DNA from: Candidatus Latescibacterota bacterium
GTDB lineage: Bacteria > Latescibacterota > UBA2968 > UBA8231
Direction: 5' to 3'
DNA length: 64,000 nucleotides
Assembly (NCBI GenBank): GCA_965217585.1
Contig: OZ244561.1
Location: 6,656,001 to 6,720,000, forward strand
Positions within the stretch are counted from its first letter, which is position 1; the number at the start of each line of letters is the position of its first letter. Below are positions 10,083 through 20,067 of the stretch, one piece after another. The translations under genes and the position numbers were made by a program. The notes beneath the pieces were generated by a model. It had not been told where the DNA came from and did no database searches. It was given only the letters and a program-made list of their open reading frames with translations.

Positions 10083-11342
10083 TTAGACAACAGTACCCGA
10101 CGGAATCACCGCGTCCTTAGGCACAACCACAATCCCGTCGCGGATGTAGTAATTTGTCTCATCGGCCTCGATGCCTCGGTCCTTGTTGATGATGCAAACC
10201 CGCTCGCCGATGCGCGCATTTTTGTCGATGATCGCCCCGGTAATCGTGCTGTTCGCGCCAATCCCCATATCCGGGATTCCTTGGGCGGCATTGCGCACCC
10301 GGTCGGCCGGCGATTCTTCCGAGTCAGCACCCATGACGATGGTATTGGCAATCTGGCAATTTGCGCCAACCATCGAGCGGATCCCGATCACCGAGCGCTC
10401 GATCCGGGCCGACTGTATGGACGAGCCTTCGCAGATGATCCCGCGCTCAATGTGGCAATTCTCCAGCCGCGTGCCAGCGAGGAAGCGCGCGTGGGTATAG
10501 ACCGGTGCGTCCGCCCGGTAAAAGTCAAAAGACGGCTGCCGATCCGTCAGGGCCAAGTTGGCCTCGTAAAAAGAGCGAATGGTGCCGATGTCTTCCCAAT
10601 ACCCTTCAAAGGTGTGGGCAAAAACGCCGATCTTGTCGATCGCGCCCGGGATGATGTGCTTGCCGAAGTCGTCCTGATCGCTGCTCATCAGTAGGCTGAC
10701 CAAGACTTGGGGTTCAAACACGTAGATGCCCATGGAGGCCATATAGCACGCCTCCGGGTCGGCCGCCGCCGGCAGCCGCAGAGCATCTAGCTCGGCCTCA
10801 TCTTGCGGCTTCTCGCGAAAATCCACGATCCGCCCCTGAGCATTTACCTGCACGATCCCCAGCGAGGGCGCGGCTTGCCGCGTCACCGGCTTGACCGCAA
10901 TCGACACGTCCGCACCTCGCGCTCGGTGTTCTTCGACAAAGGCTCGGTAATCCATGCGATAGAGGTGATCGCCCGACAGGATTAGCACTTGGTCGGCCCG
11001 GCGCGAGAGCAAATGCCTGAGCTGTTGGCGCACCGCATCGGCCGTACCCTGGTACCAATCGACGCTGTCTTGGGTCTGCTCGGCAGCCAAGATCTCGACA
11101 AAGCCATCGGAAAAGGAATCAAAGCGGTACGTCGTGCTGATGTGGCGGTGCAGCGAAGCGGAATTGAATTGGGTCAAGGCGAAGATGCGGTTGATCCCGG
11201 AATGCAGACAATTGCTGATGGGAATGTCGATTAAACGGTACTTGCCGCCAATCGGCACGGCCGGCTTGGAGCGCAACTGAGTTAGCGGGAAGAGCCGCGT
11301 GCCCTGCCCGCCCCCGAGGATGGCTCCAATGACGTTCCTCAT
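10083..11342 (-). CDS. glgC: Glucose-1-phosphate adenylyltransferase
   Basis: GGGQGTRLFPLT..RSKPAVP, WYQGTADAV and LSGDHLY motifs. Start placed at the ATG with a GGGAG RBS. Confidence 0.96.
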   Translation of the reverse strand: MRNVIGAILGGGQGTRLFPLTQLRSKPAVPIGGKYRLIDIPISNCLHSGINRIFALTQFNSASLHRHISTTYRFDSFSDGFVEILAAEQTQDSVDWYQGTADAVRQQLRHLLSRRADQVLILSGDHLYRMDYRAFVEEHRARGADVSIAVKPVTRQAAPSLGIVQVNAQGRIVDFREKPQDEAELDALRLPAAADPEACYMASMGIYVFEPQVLVSLLMSSDQDDFGKHIIPGAIDKIGVFAHTFEGYWEDIGTIRSFYEANLALTDRQPSFDFYRADAPVYTHARFLAGTRLENCHIERGIICEGSSIQSARIERSVIGIRSMVGANCQIANTIVMGADSEESPADRVRNAAQGIPDMGIGANSTITGAIIDKNARIGERVCIINKDRGIEADETNYYIRDGIVVVPKDAVIPSGTVV

Positions 11343-11517
11343 AAATGAAAACTCCCGATTTCTAAAGTTCGGCGTAGCTCTTCTAAGCGGCCTTATACTT
11401 ATAGATTTTCCCCAATTTAGCAAGTATGAGCCACCGCACGCACGCATTGGGTCGCCGCGCAAAATGGCATATGTTCTGGTCTAACCTTCAGGTCAACAGC
11501 GAACGGGGAAACGAGCA

Positions 11518-12246
11518 ATGACGGGAAAACTACAGCACAAGACCGCATTGATCACCGGCGCCGGCCGGGGCATTGGGCGAGCCATCGCCGAGTGCTTTGT
11601 CCGCGAAGGTGCACGGGTGGCCGTCGCCGATATCGACTCAAGCACTGCCCGCGCCACGGCCGCCGAGATCGGCGCGTTGGGATTGGAAATGGACGTGTCG
11701 TCCAAAGCCTCGGTCCTCGCTGGCACGAGTCGCGTGCTCGACCAATTCGGCCAACTCGACATCCTTGTCAACAACGCCGGCTATTTGGTCTATACCACCT
11801 TTGAATCGTGCAGCGAAGAGAACTGGGACCGCATCGTCAATGTCAACATGAAGGGGCCCTTCCTCTGTGCCCAAGCGGTCATCCCCCATATGAAGGCGCG
11901 CCGCCAAGGGGCTATCATCAACATGACTTCCCTAGCGGCCAAGACCGGTGGCCTAGCCGCTGGCCCCCCCTACGCAGCGGCCAAAGCCGGCGTCCTGACC
12001 TTAACCATTGGTCTAGCGCGCGCCCTAGCCCCTGCCCAAATCCGCGTCAACGCCATCGCGCCCGGCGTCATCGACACTGCCATGACCGCCGCCCCTGAAC
12101 ACGACCAGCTCAAGGCCTCCATCCCCCTCGGCTGCCCCGGCCAGCCCGAAGACGTAGCCAACTGCGCGCTCTTTCTGGCTTCGGACGACGCGCGGCACAT
12201 CACCGGCGAGACCATCGACGTCAACGGGGGGTTGTACATGGATTGA
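11518..12246 (+). CDS. SDR family oxidoreductase (FabG-like)
   Basis: TGAGRGIG, NNAG and YAAAK motifs. Confidence 0.92.
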   Translation: MTGKLQHKTALITGAGRGIGRAIAECFVREGARVAVADIDSSTARATAAEIGALGLEMDVSSKASVLAGTSRVLDQFGQLDILVNNAGYLVYTTFESCSEENWDRIVNVNMKGPFLCAQAVIPHMKARRQGAIINMTSLAAKTGGLAAGPPYAAAKAGVLTLTIGLARALAPAQIRVNAIAPGVIDTAMTAAPEHDQLKASIPLGCPGQPEDVANCALFLASDDARHITGETIDVNGGLYMD

Positions 12247-12257
12247 GGTTAGAAGCC

Positions 12258-13034
12258 TCAGTTGCGCCCAGTAGCCAAGTCGCGCAATAGGGCGGCGTAG
12301 TCCGCCTCCCCTTCCCGTTCCCAGATCTCCAGTAGTACCGATCCGACGATGCCGATCTCGGCTTGGCCCTGTAGCTGGCGCAAATCTTCCCCGCTGCGGA
12401 GGCCGAAGCCGATCCCCAGCGGCAAATCGGTCGCCTCGCGACAACGCGCGATAAAGCGATAGAGTTCATCGTCTAAGTCAGTATGGCGGCCGGTTACGCC
12501 CTTGCGCGCCACCGCATAGACAAACCCTTTGGCTTGGGCACCGATCTGCTGCAGCCGCTGCTCGGTGTTGGTCGGGGTCATCAGTACAATCGGTGTTTGC
12601 TCGCACTCCGCGCTTGCCGCCCACAGGTCGCCGTATTCTTCGACCGGCAAGTCGGGCAGGATAAAGCCGCAGGCCCCGCTTGCTGCCAAGCGGCGGCAGA
12701 ACGGGCCGTGCCCCAAGCGAAACGCCGTGTTGTAGTAGCCCATCATCAGATGCGGAAAGGGAAAAGCCGTGGTCGCGCGCTGCATTAGGTCGAAGTACTG
12801 ATCGAGGGTAAGACCGCTTTCGAGGGCCTGCTGGTTGGCTCGCGCAAAGGTCGGCCCGTCGGCGATTGGCTCGCTAAAGGGCATCTGCAATTCGACCAAA
12901 TCGACCTCGACCTCGGCCATGATCTCCAACATCCGCCAGTTGGCCTCTAGCGAGGGGAAACCGGCGATCAGATGCGTCATTAGCAGAACCTTGCGCTCTG
13001 TGAGCCGCTCTTCGATATGGGCTTGCAGATTCAC
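12258..13034 (-). CDS. trpA: Tryptophan synthase alpha chain
   Basis: PFSEPIADGP, GVTG and IGFG motifs; follows trpB. Confidence 0.95.
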   Translation of the reverse strand: MNLQAHIEERLTERKVLLMTHLIAGFPSLEANWRMLEIMAEVEVDLVELQMPFSEPIADGPTFARANQQALESGLTLDQYFDLMQRATTAFPFPHLMMGYYNTAFRLGHGPFCRRLAASGACGFILPDLPVEEYGDLWAASAECEQTPIVLMTPTNTEQRLQQIGAQAKGFVYAVARKGVTGRHTDLDDELYRFIARCREATDLPLGIGFGLRSGEDLRQLQGQAEIGIVGSVLLEIWEREGEADYAALLRDLATGRN

Positions 13035-14281
13035 GACTGGGCGGCCTTTTCCACGAGGAAGTGCTGCCAGTTTTCGTCCTCAAGAGCGCTGGCGATCGTG
13101 AAAATGTCCTTGTCGCCGCGTCCCGACAGACCGATCAGCACGGCTTGGTCGGGCGTCATTTCGCCCACTTCGCGCAGGGCACCGGCCAAGGCGTGAGTAC
13201 TTTCGAGTGCGCCGATGATCCCCTCGCTGCGCATCATTCGCTTGAGGGCCTCGATCACCTCCTGGTCGGTCGCGGCCTCAATGCGCACCCGCCCCACCTC
13301 GGCCAAGTGGGCGAGAATCGGGCTGACGCCGATGTAGTCTAACCCCGCCGCCACTGAGTGCGTGTGCCGCATTTGGCCTTCGGCATCCTGGAAGAAGAAG
13401 GTCTTGTAGCCCTGGGCGACCCCGGGCGTGCCGACGCGGCCAGCCAAGCGCGACGCATGATCGCCCGTCTCCAGCCCCCGGCCCCCAGCCTCGATCCCAA
13501 CCAATTCGACGGCTGCGTCGTCGAGGAAGTCCAAGAATATGCCCGTGGCATTGGAGCCGCCGCCGACGCAGGCGTACACCCTATCGGGCAGGCACCCCAC
13601 TGAGTCCAGCATCTGCTGACGGCTCTCCTCGCCGATGATCCGCTGGAAATAGGCGACGATTTGCGGGAAGGGATGCGGGCCGCAAGCCGTGCCGAGTACA
13701 TAGTGCGTGTCGGCCATGGAATAGGCCCAATCGCGCAAGCTCTCGTTGATGGCGTCCTTGAGCGTGGCCGAGCCATCGGTCACGGGTACGACCTCGGCAC
13801 CCAGTTGCTCCATCCAGAACACATTGGGGCGCTGGCGCTCGACATCGACGGCACCCATGTAGATGGTGCATTCCAGTCCCAAGCGGGCGGCCATCGTCGC
13901 CGTGGCCACGCCGTGCTGGCCGGCACCGGTCTCGGCGATGACCCGGCTTTTGCCCATGCGGCGCACCAACAAGCCCTGGCCCATGACGTTGTTGACTTTG
14001 TGGGCACCCGTGTGGTTGAGGTCCTCGCGCTTGAGAAAGATCTGCGCCCCGCCGACCTCGCGGGAGAGGTTTTCGAGCAAGGTAATCGGAGTCGGCCGGC
14101 AGGAATACGTCCGCATCACCTGCTTGAACTCCGCCCAAAAGGCAGGATCGCGGCGAGCGTCCTCAAAAACTTGGGTCAGTTCGTCGAGGGTCGTGCGTAG
14201 AATTTCGGGGATGAAGGCCCCACCGTACTCCCCGTAGTACCCAGGGCGCGGGTGGTTAAAAATGGCATCGGCCAGCCCCAT
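13031..14281 (-). CDS. trpB: Tryptophan synthase beta chain
   Basis: KREDLNHTGAHK, AETGAGQHG and LSGRGDKD motifs. Confidence 0.97.
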   Translation of the reverse strand: MGLADAIFNHPRPGYYGEYGGAFIPEILRTTLDELTQVFEDARRDPAFWAEFKQVMRTYSCRPTPITLLENLSREVGGAQIFLKREDLNHTGAHKVNNVMGQGLLVRRMGKSRVIAETGAGQHGVATATMAARLGLECTIYMGAVDVERQRPNVFWMEQLGAEVVPVTDGSATLKDAINESLRDWAYSMADTHYVLGTACGPHPFPQIVAYFQRIIGEESRQQMLDSVGCLPDRVYACVGGGSNATGIFLDFLDDAAVELVGIEAGGRGLETGDHASRLAGRVGTPGVAQGYKTFFFQDAEGQMRHTHSVAAGLDYIGVSPILAHLAEVGRVRIEAATDQEVIEALKRMMRSEGIIGALESTHALAGALREVGEMTPDQAVLIGLSGRGDKDIFTIASALEDENWQHFLVEKAAQS

Positions 14282-14282
14282 C

Positions 14283-15527
14283 TCAATCGGTCAGCTTGGC
14301 GCGCCGGAGCGCGTCGAGCATGGCGCTGCTGCCCTGCGCCGCTTCCTGCTCCTGCTGCTGCCGCTGGCGGAACTCGGCGAGATGGGCCTTGGATTCGAGA
14401 GCATCGACCTGGGAAATCGACAGGCGCAACCGCTGGCGGCGGACATCCACTTCGAGCACCACCACCTTGACCTCTTCCTCGAGCGAGAGGACCTCGCGCG
14501 GGTAGCTGATGCGGCGGTCGGCGATCTCCGAGACGTGCACCAGTCCACGCACGCCTTCGGCCAGCTCGACGAACGCGCCAAAATCCTCCAGCCCATCGAC
14601 CTTGCCCGTGACGACCGTGCCGACTGCGAACTGCTCTTTTATCTCTTCCCAAGGATCCTTTTCCAGCGCCTTGATCGAAAGCGATATCCGCTCCTTGCGC
14701 CGCTTGCCCAAGTCCTTGGTGCGCAACACCTCGACTTGGATCTGCTGCCCCACCGCGAGCACCTCCTCGGGATGGCCGACGCGCCGATGACTGATTTCCG
14801 AGACGTGGACCAAGCCCTCCACCCCGGAACCTAAATCGACAAACGCGCCAAAATCCTCCAGCCGCGTCACCTTGCCCGCCAGTTGCGCGCCCTTCTTGAG
14901 CTGGCTGCGCACCAAGCCGGCGGCCTTGTCCTGCTCGACTTCGAGCAAGGCCCGGCGCGACAGGACGATAACGCGGCCCTGGTGGCGGAACTCGATAATC
15001 TTAAAGGTCAGGGTCTGGCCGCGGTACTCTTCGGCGTTTTCCACGTACTGAGTATCGACGTGCGAAATCGGGCAAAAACCGCGCACATCGCCCTCGATGG
15101 TCACGCCCAACCCTCCCTTATTGACCGCGTCAACCCGACCCTCGACTGGCAGCCCGGCCTTGTATGCTTGATAGAGCAAGTCGGCCTGGGCGTCTTGGCG
15201 ACTCAACCCGCGACTGATCTGGACCTCGTCCCCGACTGCCACGACAAACGCCGCGATTGGGTCGCCGACCTTGTAGCGCACTTCCCCATCGGGGCCTTTG
15301 AGCTCGCTGGTGCGAATTATGGCCTCGTCCCGACTGCCGTACTCGACAAAGCTGTTCTCGTCCTCGATCTTGACGATCACACCGCTGATCTCGTCGCCGA
15401 CTGAGACCTCATTGGTGGCTGGGGCCGGTGGTGCCCCTTCGGCGTCGAGCATCTGAGCAAAGTCTGCATCTTGTGCAGCGCGATCTACGACCGGGGTTAG
15501 TTCGTCCTTTGAATCTGCCTCTGCCAT
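14283..15527 (-). CDS. S1 RNA-binding domain protein (four S1 repeats, RpsA-like)
   Basis: Repeated FGAFV..G..GLVHVSEI motifs; 414 aa. Confidence 0.88.
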   Translation of the reverse strand: MAEADSKDELTPVVDRAAQDADFAQMLDAEGAPPAPATNEVSVGDEISGVIVKIEDENSFVEYGSRDEAIIRTSELKGPDGEVRYKVGDPIAAFVVAVGDEVQISRGLSRQDAQADLLYQAYKAGLPVEGRVDAVNKGGLGVTIEGDVRGFCPISHVDTQYVENAEEYRGQTLTFKIIEFRHQGRVIVLSRRALLEVEQDKAAGLVRSQLKKGAQLAGKVTRLEDFGAFVDLGSGVEGLVHVSEISHRRVGHPEEVLAVGQQIQVEVLRTKDLGKRRKERISLSIKALEKDPWEEIKEQFAVGTVVTGKVDGLEDFGAFVELAEGVRGLVHVSEIADRRISYPREVLSLEEEVKVVVLEVDVRRQRLRLSISQVDALESKAHLAEFRQRQQQEQEAAQGSSAMLDALRRAKLTD

Positions 15528-15547
15528 CGCCTACCTCCTTCGCTACT

Positions 15548-16519
15548 TCAATTCGGTATGAGGACGACCTTGCCGGTCGTCTTGCGCCCCTGCAAGGCGC
15601 GGTGGGCTTCAGCTGCGTCCGACAAGGCGAACTGAGCGCTGATGCGCAGCGCCAACTCGCCGCTGGCGATCCATTCCAACACCGCGCTGGCGCGTTCCAA
15701 TAGCTCCTCGCGGGTCTGGATATAGTGCAGCATGGTCGGCCGGGTCAAAAAGAGCGATCCCTTGGTGCTGAGGATGCCGGGGTCAAAGGGTGGGACCGGG
15801 CCGCTCGACTGACCGAACAACACCAAGTAGCCCAAGGGCCTGAGTACGTTCAAGCTCTTGTCAAAGGTCGCTTGTCCCACGGAATCGTACACCACATCGA
15901 CCCCGCGCCCCTCGGTGAGTGCCATGACGTCCTGTTCAAAATCGCGCTCGGTATAGCGGATAACTTCATCGGCCCCAGCGCCCCGCGCCAACTGCTCCTT
16001 TTCCTCAGTCGAGACTGTGCAAAACACCCGCGTTCCACACCGCTTGGCCATCTGAATCAGGAGCAGCCCCACACCGCCAGCTCCGGCGTGGATCAGGGCC
16101 GTGTCTCCGCGGCCCAGCCGATAGGACCCATGGGCGAGGTAATGCGCCGTCATGCCTTGTAGCAAAGCGGCGGCTCCCACCTTATAGGAGGCTGTGTCAG
16201 GCAGAGGGACCAAGCGGTCGGCGGGCACGGCGGCCTCTGCGGCATACGACCCCATCGCCCCAGCATAGGCCACGCGATCACCCGCTTGCACCCCCTCTAC
16301 GCCCTCGCCGACGCGAGCGACGACTCCGGCAGCTTCCATGCCGGGGATGCAGGGCAACTCGACTGGGTACAGCCCTTCGCGGTGATAGGTATCGATATAA
16401 TTTAAACCGATGGCTTTGATTTCGACTACGGCTTCGCCCGGCCCGGCTGTGGGCGCGGGCACGTCCTCATAGGTGAGGACCTCAGGGCCTCCGCACTGGT
16501 GGAAACGCACTGCTTTCAT
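15548..16519 (-). CDS. qor: NADPH:quinone oxidoreductase (zeta-crystallin family)
   Basis: GGPEVL, HAGAGGVG, YDSVG and FLTRP motifs. Start at MKAVRF. Confidence 0.9.
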   Translation of the reverse strand: MKAVRFHQCGGPEVLTYEDVPAPTAGPGEAVVEIKAIGLNYIDTYHREGLYPVELPCIPGMEAAGVVARVGEGVEGVQAGDRVAYAGAMGSYAAEAAVPADRLVPLPDTASYKVGAAALLQGMTAHYLAHGSYRLGRGDTALIHAGAGGVGLLLIQMAKRCGTRVFCTVSTEEKEQLARGAGADEVIRYTERDFEQDVMALTEGRGVDVVYDSVGQATFDKSLNVLRPLGYLVLFGQSSGPVPPFDPGILSTKGSLFLTRPTMLHYIQTREELLERASAVLEWIASGELALRISAQFALSDAAEAHRALQGRKTTGKVVLIPN

Positions 16520-16679
16520 CGTGGACCTTTGCGTGGGATAGGGGCCGCTGGCGCGGCGGCATCTTATCATTCAGTGATAAGCGTCTTAAGGTAATCATAA
16601 AGCTCCCTCAAGACAAATTTGTAAAAACGGTAATTCGTGCATTTTTTATGAGGCAAACCTGTATTCGCAAAGGAACGCA

Positions 16680-18032
16680 ATGAAAGTAGCTAAATTCGGC
16701 GGCACCTCCCTCGCGTCAGCCGAGCAAATAGAGAAAATCTGCGCCATTGTCACTGCTGATCCAGCGCGCCGGCTCGTCGTGGTCTCGGCCCCGGGCAAGC
16801 GCGACCGGGCGGACGCCAAAGTCACCGATCTCCTCATCGAGGTAGTCCGCGCCCAGCTAACCAACCAAGACGGCCACACCGCGCTGACGCGCGTCATCGA
16901 TCGCTATGCCGCCATCGTCGGCGACCTCGGCTTGCCGGACACAGTGCTCGCGCCCATTGTCGCCGACTTTGAGCGGCGGCTGGCCATGAGCACGAGCGAC
17001 GAAGCGCTCTACACGGATGCCATGAAGGCCGGCGGCGAGGACAACTGCGCCCGCCTAGTCGCCGAATACCTGCGTCACAGCGGGGCCGAAGCTCACTATC
17101 TCGACCCAGGCGAGGGTGGCCTAATTCTCTCGGAAGAGCCGGGCAACGCCCGCGTCTTGCAGGCTTCCTACGGCAAGCTGCGCCAGCTCAAAGACCGTCC
17201 GGGCATCACCATCTTTCCCGGATTTTTTGGCTATTCACCCACGGGCCGAGTCGTCACCTTCTCACGCGGTGGCTCGGACATAACCGGCGCGATCCTCGCC
17301 GCGGCCGTCGATGCGGCTGTGTACGAAAACTTCACGGACGTGGACTCGGTCTTTGCAGCCAATCCCGCGCTCGTAGCCAACCCGGTCGCCGTTACTGAGA
17401 TTACCTACCGCGAGATGCGCGAGCTGTCCTACGCGGGGTTTTCCGTGTTTCACGACGAGGCCCTCGAACCCGTGTTCCACGCCGGGATTCCGGTCGTCGT
17501 CAAAAACACCGACAACCCGCAGGCACCCGGCACCCGCATCGTCCCCGAGCGCGCGGTCGGCGACCATCCAGTCGTCGGCATCGCCGCCACCGACGGGTTT
17601 TGCAGCGTGTACATCAGCAAGTACCTGATGAACCGCGAAGTGGGTTTTGGCCGCCGCTTGCTGGCCATTTTTGAGGACGAGGGGATCTCCTTTGAGCACA
17701 CGCCATCGGGCATTGACAATATGTCGGTGATCGTGCGCGAGTCGTATTTCAACCACGCAGCCGAAGAGCGGGTTCTGCGCCGGATTCGCACCGAGCTAGA
17801 AGTAGATGAGTTGTCGGTCGCCCGCGGCCTCGCCTTGGCGATGATCGTCGGCGAGGGCATGCACCACACCATCGGCTTGGCCGCCCGCGCTTGCAGTGCC
17901 TTTTCCCGCGCCAGCGTCAACCTAGAGATGATCAATCAGGGGTCGAGCGAGGTCAGCATGATGTTCGGCATCAAGGCCGCAGACATTCCCGCAGCCGTGC
18001 GCTCGCTTTACGGAGAGTTTTTTGGCGCTTGA
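16680..18032 (+). CDS. lysC: Aspartate kinase with ACT domains
   Basis: KVAKFGGTS, VVSAPG and FSRGGSDITG motifs. Confidence 0.93.
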   Translation: MKVAKFGGTSLASAEQIEKICAIVTADPARRLVVVSAPGKRDRADAKVTDLLIEVVRAQLTNQDGHTALTRVIDRYAAIVGDLGLPDTVLAPIVADFERRLAMSTSDEALYTDAMKAGGEDNCARLVAEYLRHSGAEAHYLDPGEGGLILSEEPGNARVLQASYGKLRQLKDRPGITIFPGFFGYSPTGRVVTFSRGGSDITGAILAAAVDAAVYENFTDVDSVFAANPALVANPVAVTEITYREMRELSYAGFSVFHDEALEPVFHAGIPVVVKNTDNPQAPGTRIVPERAVGDHPVVGIAATDGFCSVYISKYLMNREVGFGRRLLAIFEDEGISFEHTPSGIDNMSVIVRESYFNHAAEERVLRRIRTELEVDELSVARGLALAMIVGEGMHHTIGLAARACSAFSRASVNLEMINQGSSEVSMMFGIKAADIPAAVRSLYGEFFGA

Positions 18033-18222
18033 TTGGGCTACGTCGCCGCCCAAATCACCAACCGCAACTCGCTATCGTCAATTAGGCTGTACTCGGGGAG
18101 ACGGCCCGCAAGCTGCTGGCACTCTGCGCGGATAATCGGCACGCCATCGCCGCGCCGGTCCATCAAGTGCGTCCGTCCAAGATCAGCGGGTGCGCGACAA
18201 CGCGCCAACAGAGACACTATAA

Positions 18223-19330
18223 GTGATGTTACGCAGCCGCTAGGCTTTGGTTTATCTTTTCTGTCATGGATAAAAAACTGTTAGACCTCTATAGTGACTA
18301 TCTGTTGAGTTCTTTTGGCGCGACGACCGCCACCGGCCTTTCGTCTTTGTTAGATGGCCAAATCAGCCACGACCAAGTGACGCGGTTTTTGTCCCAAGCC
18401 GACTACACGTCGAAAGAGCTCTGGCATCAAGTCAAATCCGTGGTGCGCACCATCGAGCGTGAAGACGGGGTGCTCATTTTCGATGATACGATTCAGGAAA
18501 AGCCGCACACGGATGAAAATGAGTTGATCTGTTGGCACTTCGATCATAGTAAGAACCGCTCCGTCAAAGGCTTGAATCTGCTCAATTGTATCTATCAGGC
18601 CGGCGATGTCAGTGTGCCGGTGGCCTATGAGTTAGTGCGTAAACCGATCCTGTTTTGCGATCGGCAAACGCGGCGAGTCAAACGCAAAAGCGAGGTGACC
18701 AAAAATCAGTTGCTGCGGCAGATGCTACGCACCTGCCAACAGAATCGCTTGAGCTACCGCTATGTCTTGGCCGATAGTTGGTTTGCGGCCAAGGAAAACC
18801 TGTTGTTTATCCGCCAAGACCTGAAGAAACACTTTATCGTCGCCCTCAAATCCAACCGGACGGTCGCCTTGAGCCCCCAAGACAAAGCCCACGGCCGCTT
18901 CGTGCGTATCGATACGCTAGACTGGTCAGACCCCACGCCGGTAACCGCCTGGATCAAAGGACTCCCTTTTCCAGTCTTGCTGCATCGGCGAGTCTTTACA
19001 AACAAAGACGATTCCACCGGCCTTTTGTATCTGGCCTGTAGTGATCTCGACCAACACGGAGACGCCCTTGAGATGATCTATCAAAAAAGATGGAAAGTCG
19101 AAGTCTTTCACAAAACGCTCAAGTCCCATGCCGCGTTGGCCAAGTCGCCGACCAAACGGGTCCGTACCCAAAGCAATCACGTCTTTATGGCCATCTATGC
19201 GGCCTTCTCGCTAGAGTGGCTGCGCATCAAGCATCGGATGAATCCGTTTGCCCTCCGATCAAAACTCTATCTCAAGGCCATTCGACACGCCTTTGACGAA
19301 TTACAGCAGCTAAAGGCTGCGTAACATCAC
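18223..19330 (+). mobile_element. Complete insertion sequence (IS701-like DDE) with perfect terminal inverted repeats and a target duplication
   Basis: gtgatgttacgcagcc (18223-18238) and ggctgcgtaacatcac (19315-19330); actataa directly repeated on both flanks. Confidence 0.93.
18266..19324 (+). CDS. DDE transposase (IS701-like)
   Basis: LIFDDT, LADSWF and YQKRWKVEVFHK motifs. Confidence 0.93.
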   Translation: MDKKLLDLYSDYLLSSFGATTATGLSSLLDGQISHDQVTRFLSQADYTSKELWHQVKSVVRTIEREDGVLIFDDTIQEKPHTDENELICWHFDHSKNRSVKGLNLLNCIYQAGDVSVPVAYELVRKPILFCDRQTRRVKRKSEVTKNQLLRQMLRTCQQNRLSYRYVLADSWFAAKENLLFIRQDLKKHFIVALKSNRTVALSPQDKAHGRFVRIDTLDWSDPTPVTAWIKGLPFPVLLHRRVFTNKDDSTGLLYLACSDLDQHGDALEMIYQKRWKVEVFHKTLKSHAALAKSPTKRVRTQSNHVFMAIYAAFSLEWLRIKHRMNPFALRSKLYLKAIRHAFDELQQLKAA

Positions 19331-20067
19331 ACTATAAGTTCATTGCGGTTGGATTGCCGCAGATGCAGGCTGTCCGGCGAGAGCGTGTTCGCCAAGGCAC
19401 CGGGGACGTATAGCTCAAGGCGATCTCCGAACAGATGCAGACGCACCCGAGAACCCCCATTGAATAGTCCCGATGCGCCACGGCGTTGACGAGTGCCTCA
19501 AACACGGCCCGCTCGCTGAACTGCGGAAGATCGACCCGGGCCGTTATTTTGGTCGCTCGCACTAGCATATTCCGCCGCACAAAGTGCAACGCTTCCGCAA
19601 CCTGCTCGTCGAGTGGTCCTTCAATATCGCGGGCATCGGTCTGATAGTTGACATCCGTCCGCTCCCCTGCATAGCTGACGGCTTGTACGTATGCGTGGGG
19701 CATCCATTGTTGCGGCTCCCGCGTACACAGTAGAACGCCGGCGAGAGTGAGGCGCACGACGTCTTCCTCGTCGGCAGCGACTATGCGGAGCTTGTGCAAA
19801 GTGTCCTCGGTCAGCTCGGCGTCTTCGCGGAGGAACCGGCGCGTCAGTTCCTCATCGAGGTGCTCTGGCGAGGTACGGGGAACAACTGATTCGTCGAAGC
19901 GGTGGCCGGACGCGGACGGCGAGAGCCGTTTGAGTTCCAACGTCGAGTCCTCATGGAGCCGGATGCGGTGAGTTAGATTCGTATCCCTCATCTCGGCTCC
20001 TATTGTTGACTTGCGGATTTCGGCAATCTGTCTGCAAGGATGCCATGCCAAATCGACATCGCAAGAC

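Larger units (their letters stand above)
18038..19991 (-). pseudogene. Schlafen/AlbA_2-HATPase_c_4 gene with an internal deletion, a frameshift and an IS insertion
   Basis: MRDTNL..EDSTLELK jumps straight to RFDESVVP, so most of AlbA_2 is missing. After ALVNAVAHRDY a G5 run (about 19454-19458) shifts frame. Beyond the IS the frame resumes as RNELIV|SLLAR...MDRRGDGVP...LVIWAAT* with the stop at 18038. Confidence 0.85.

Noticed and set aside
16520-16679. Lysine riboswitch upstream of lysC
   Set aside because: The intergenic region is short and AT-rich, with no L-box features.
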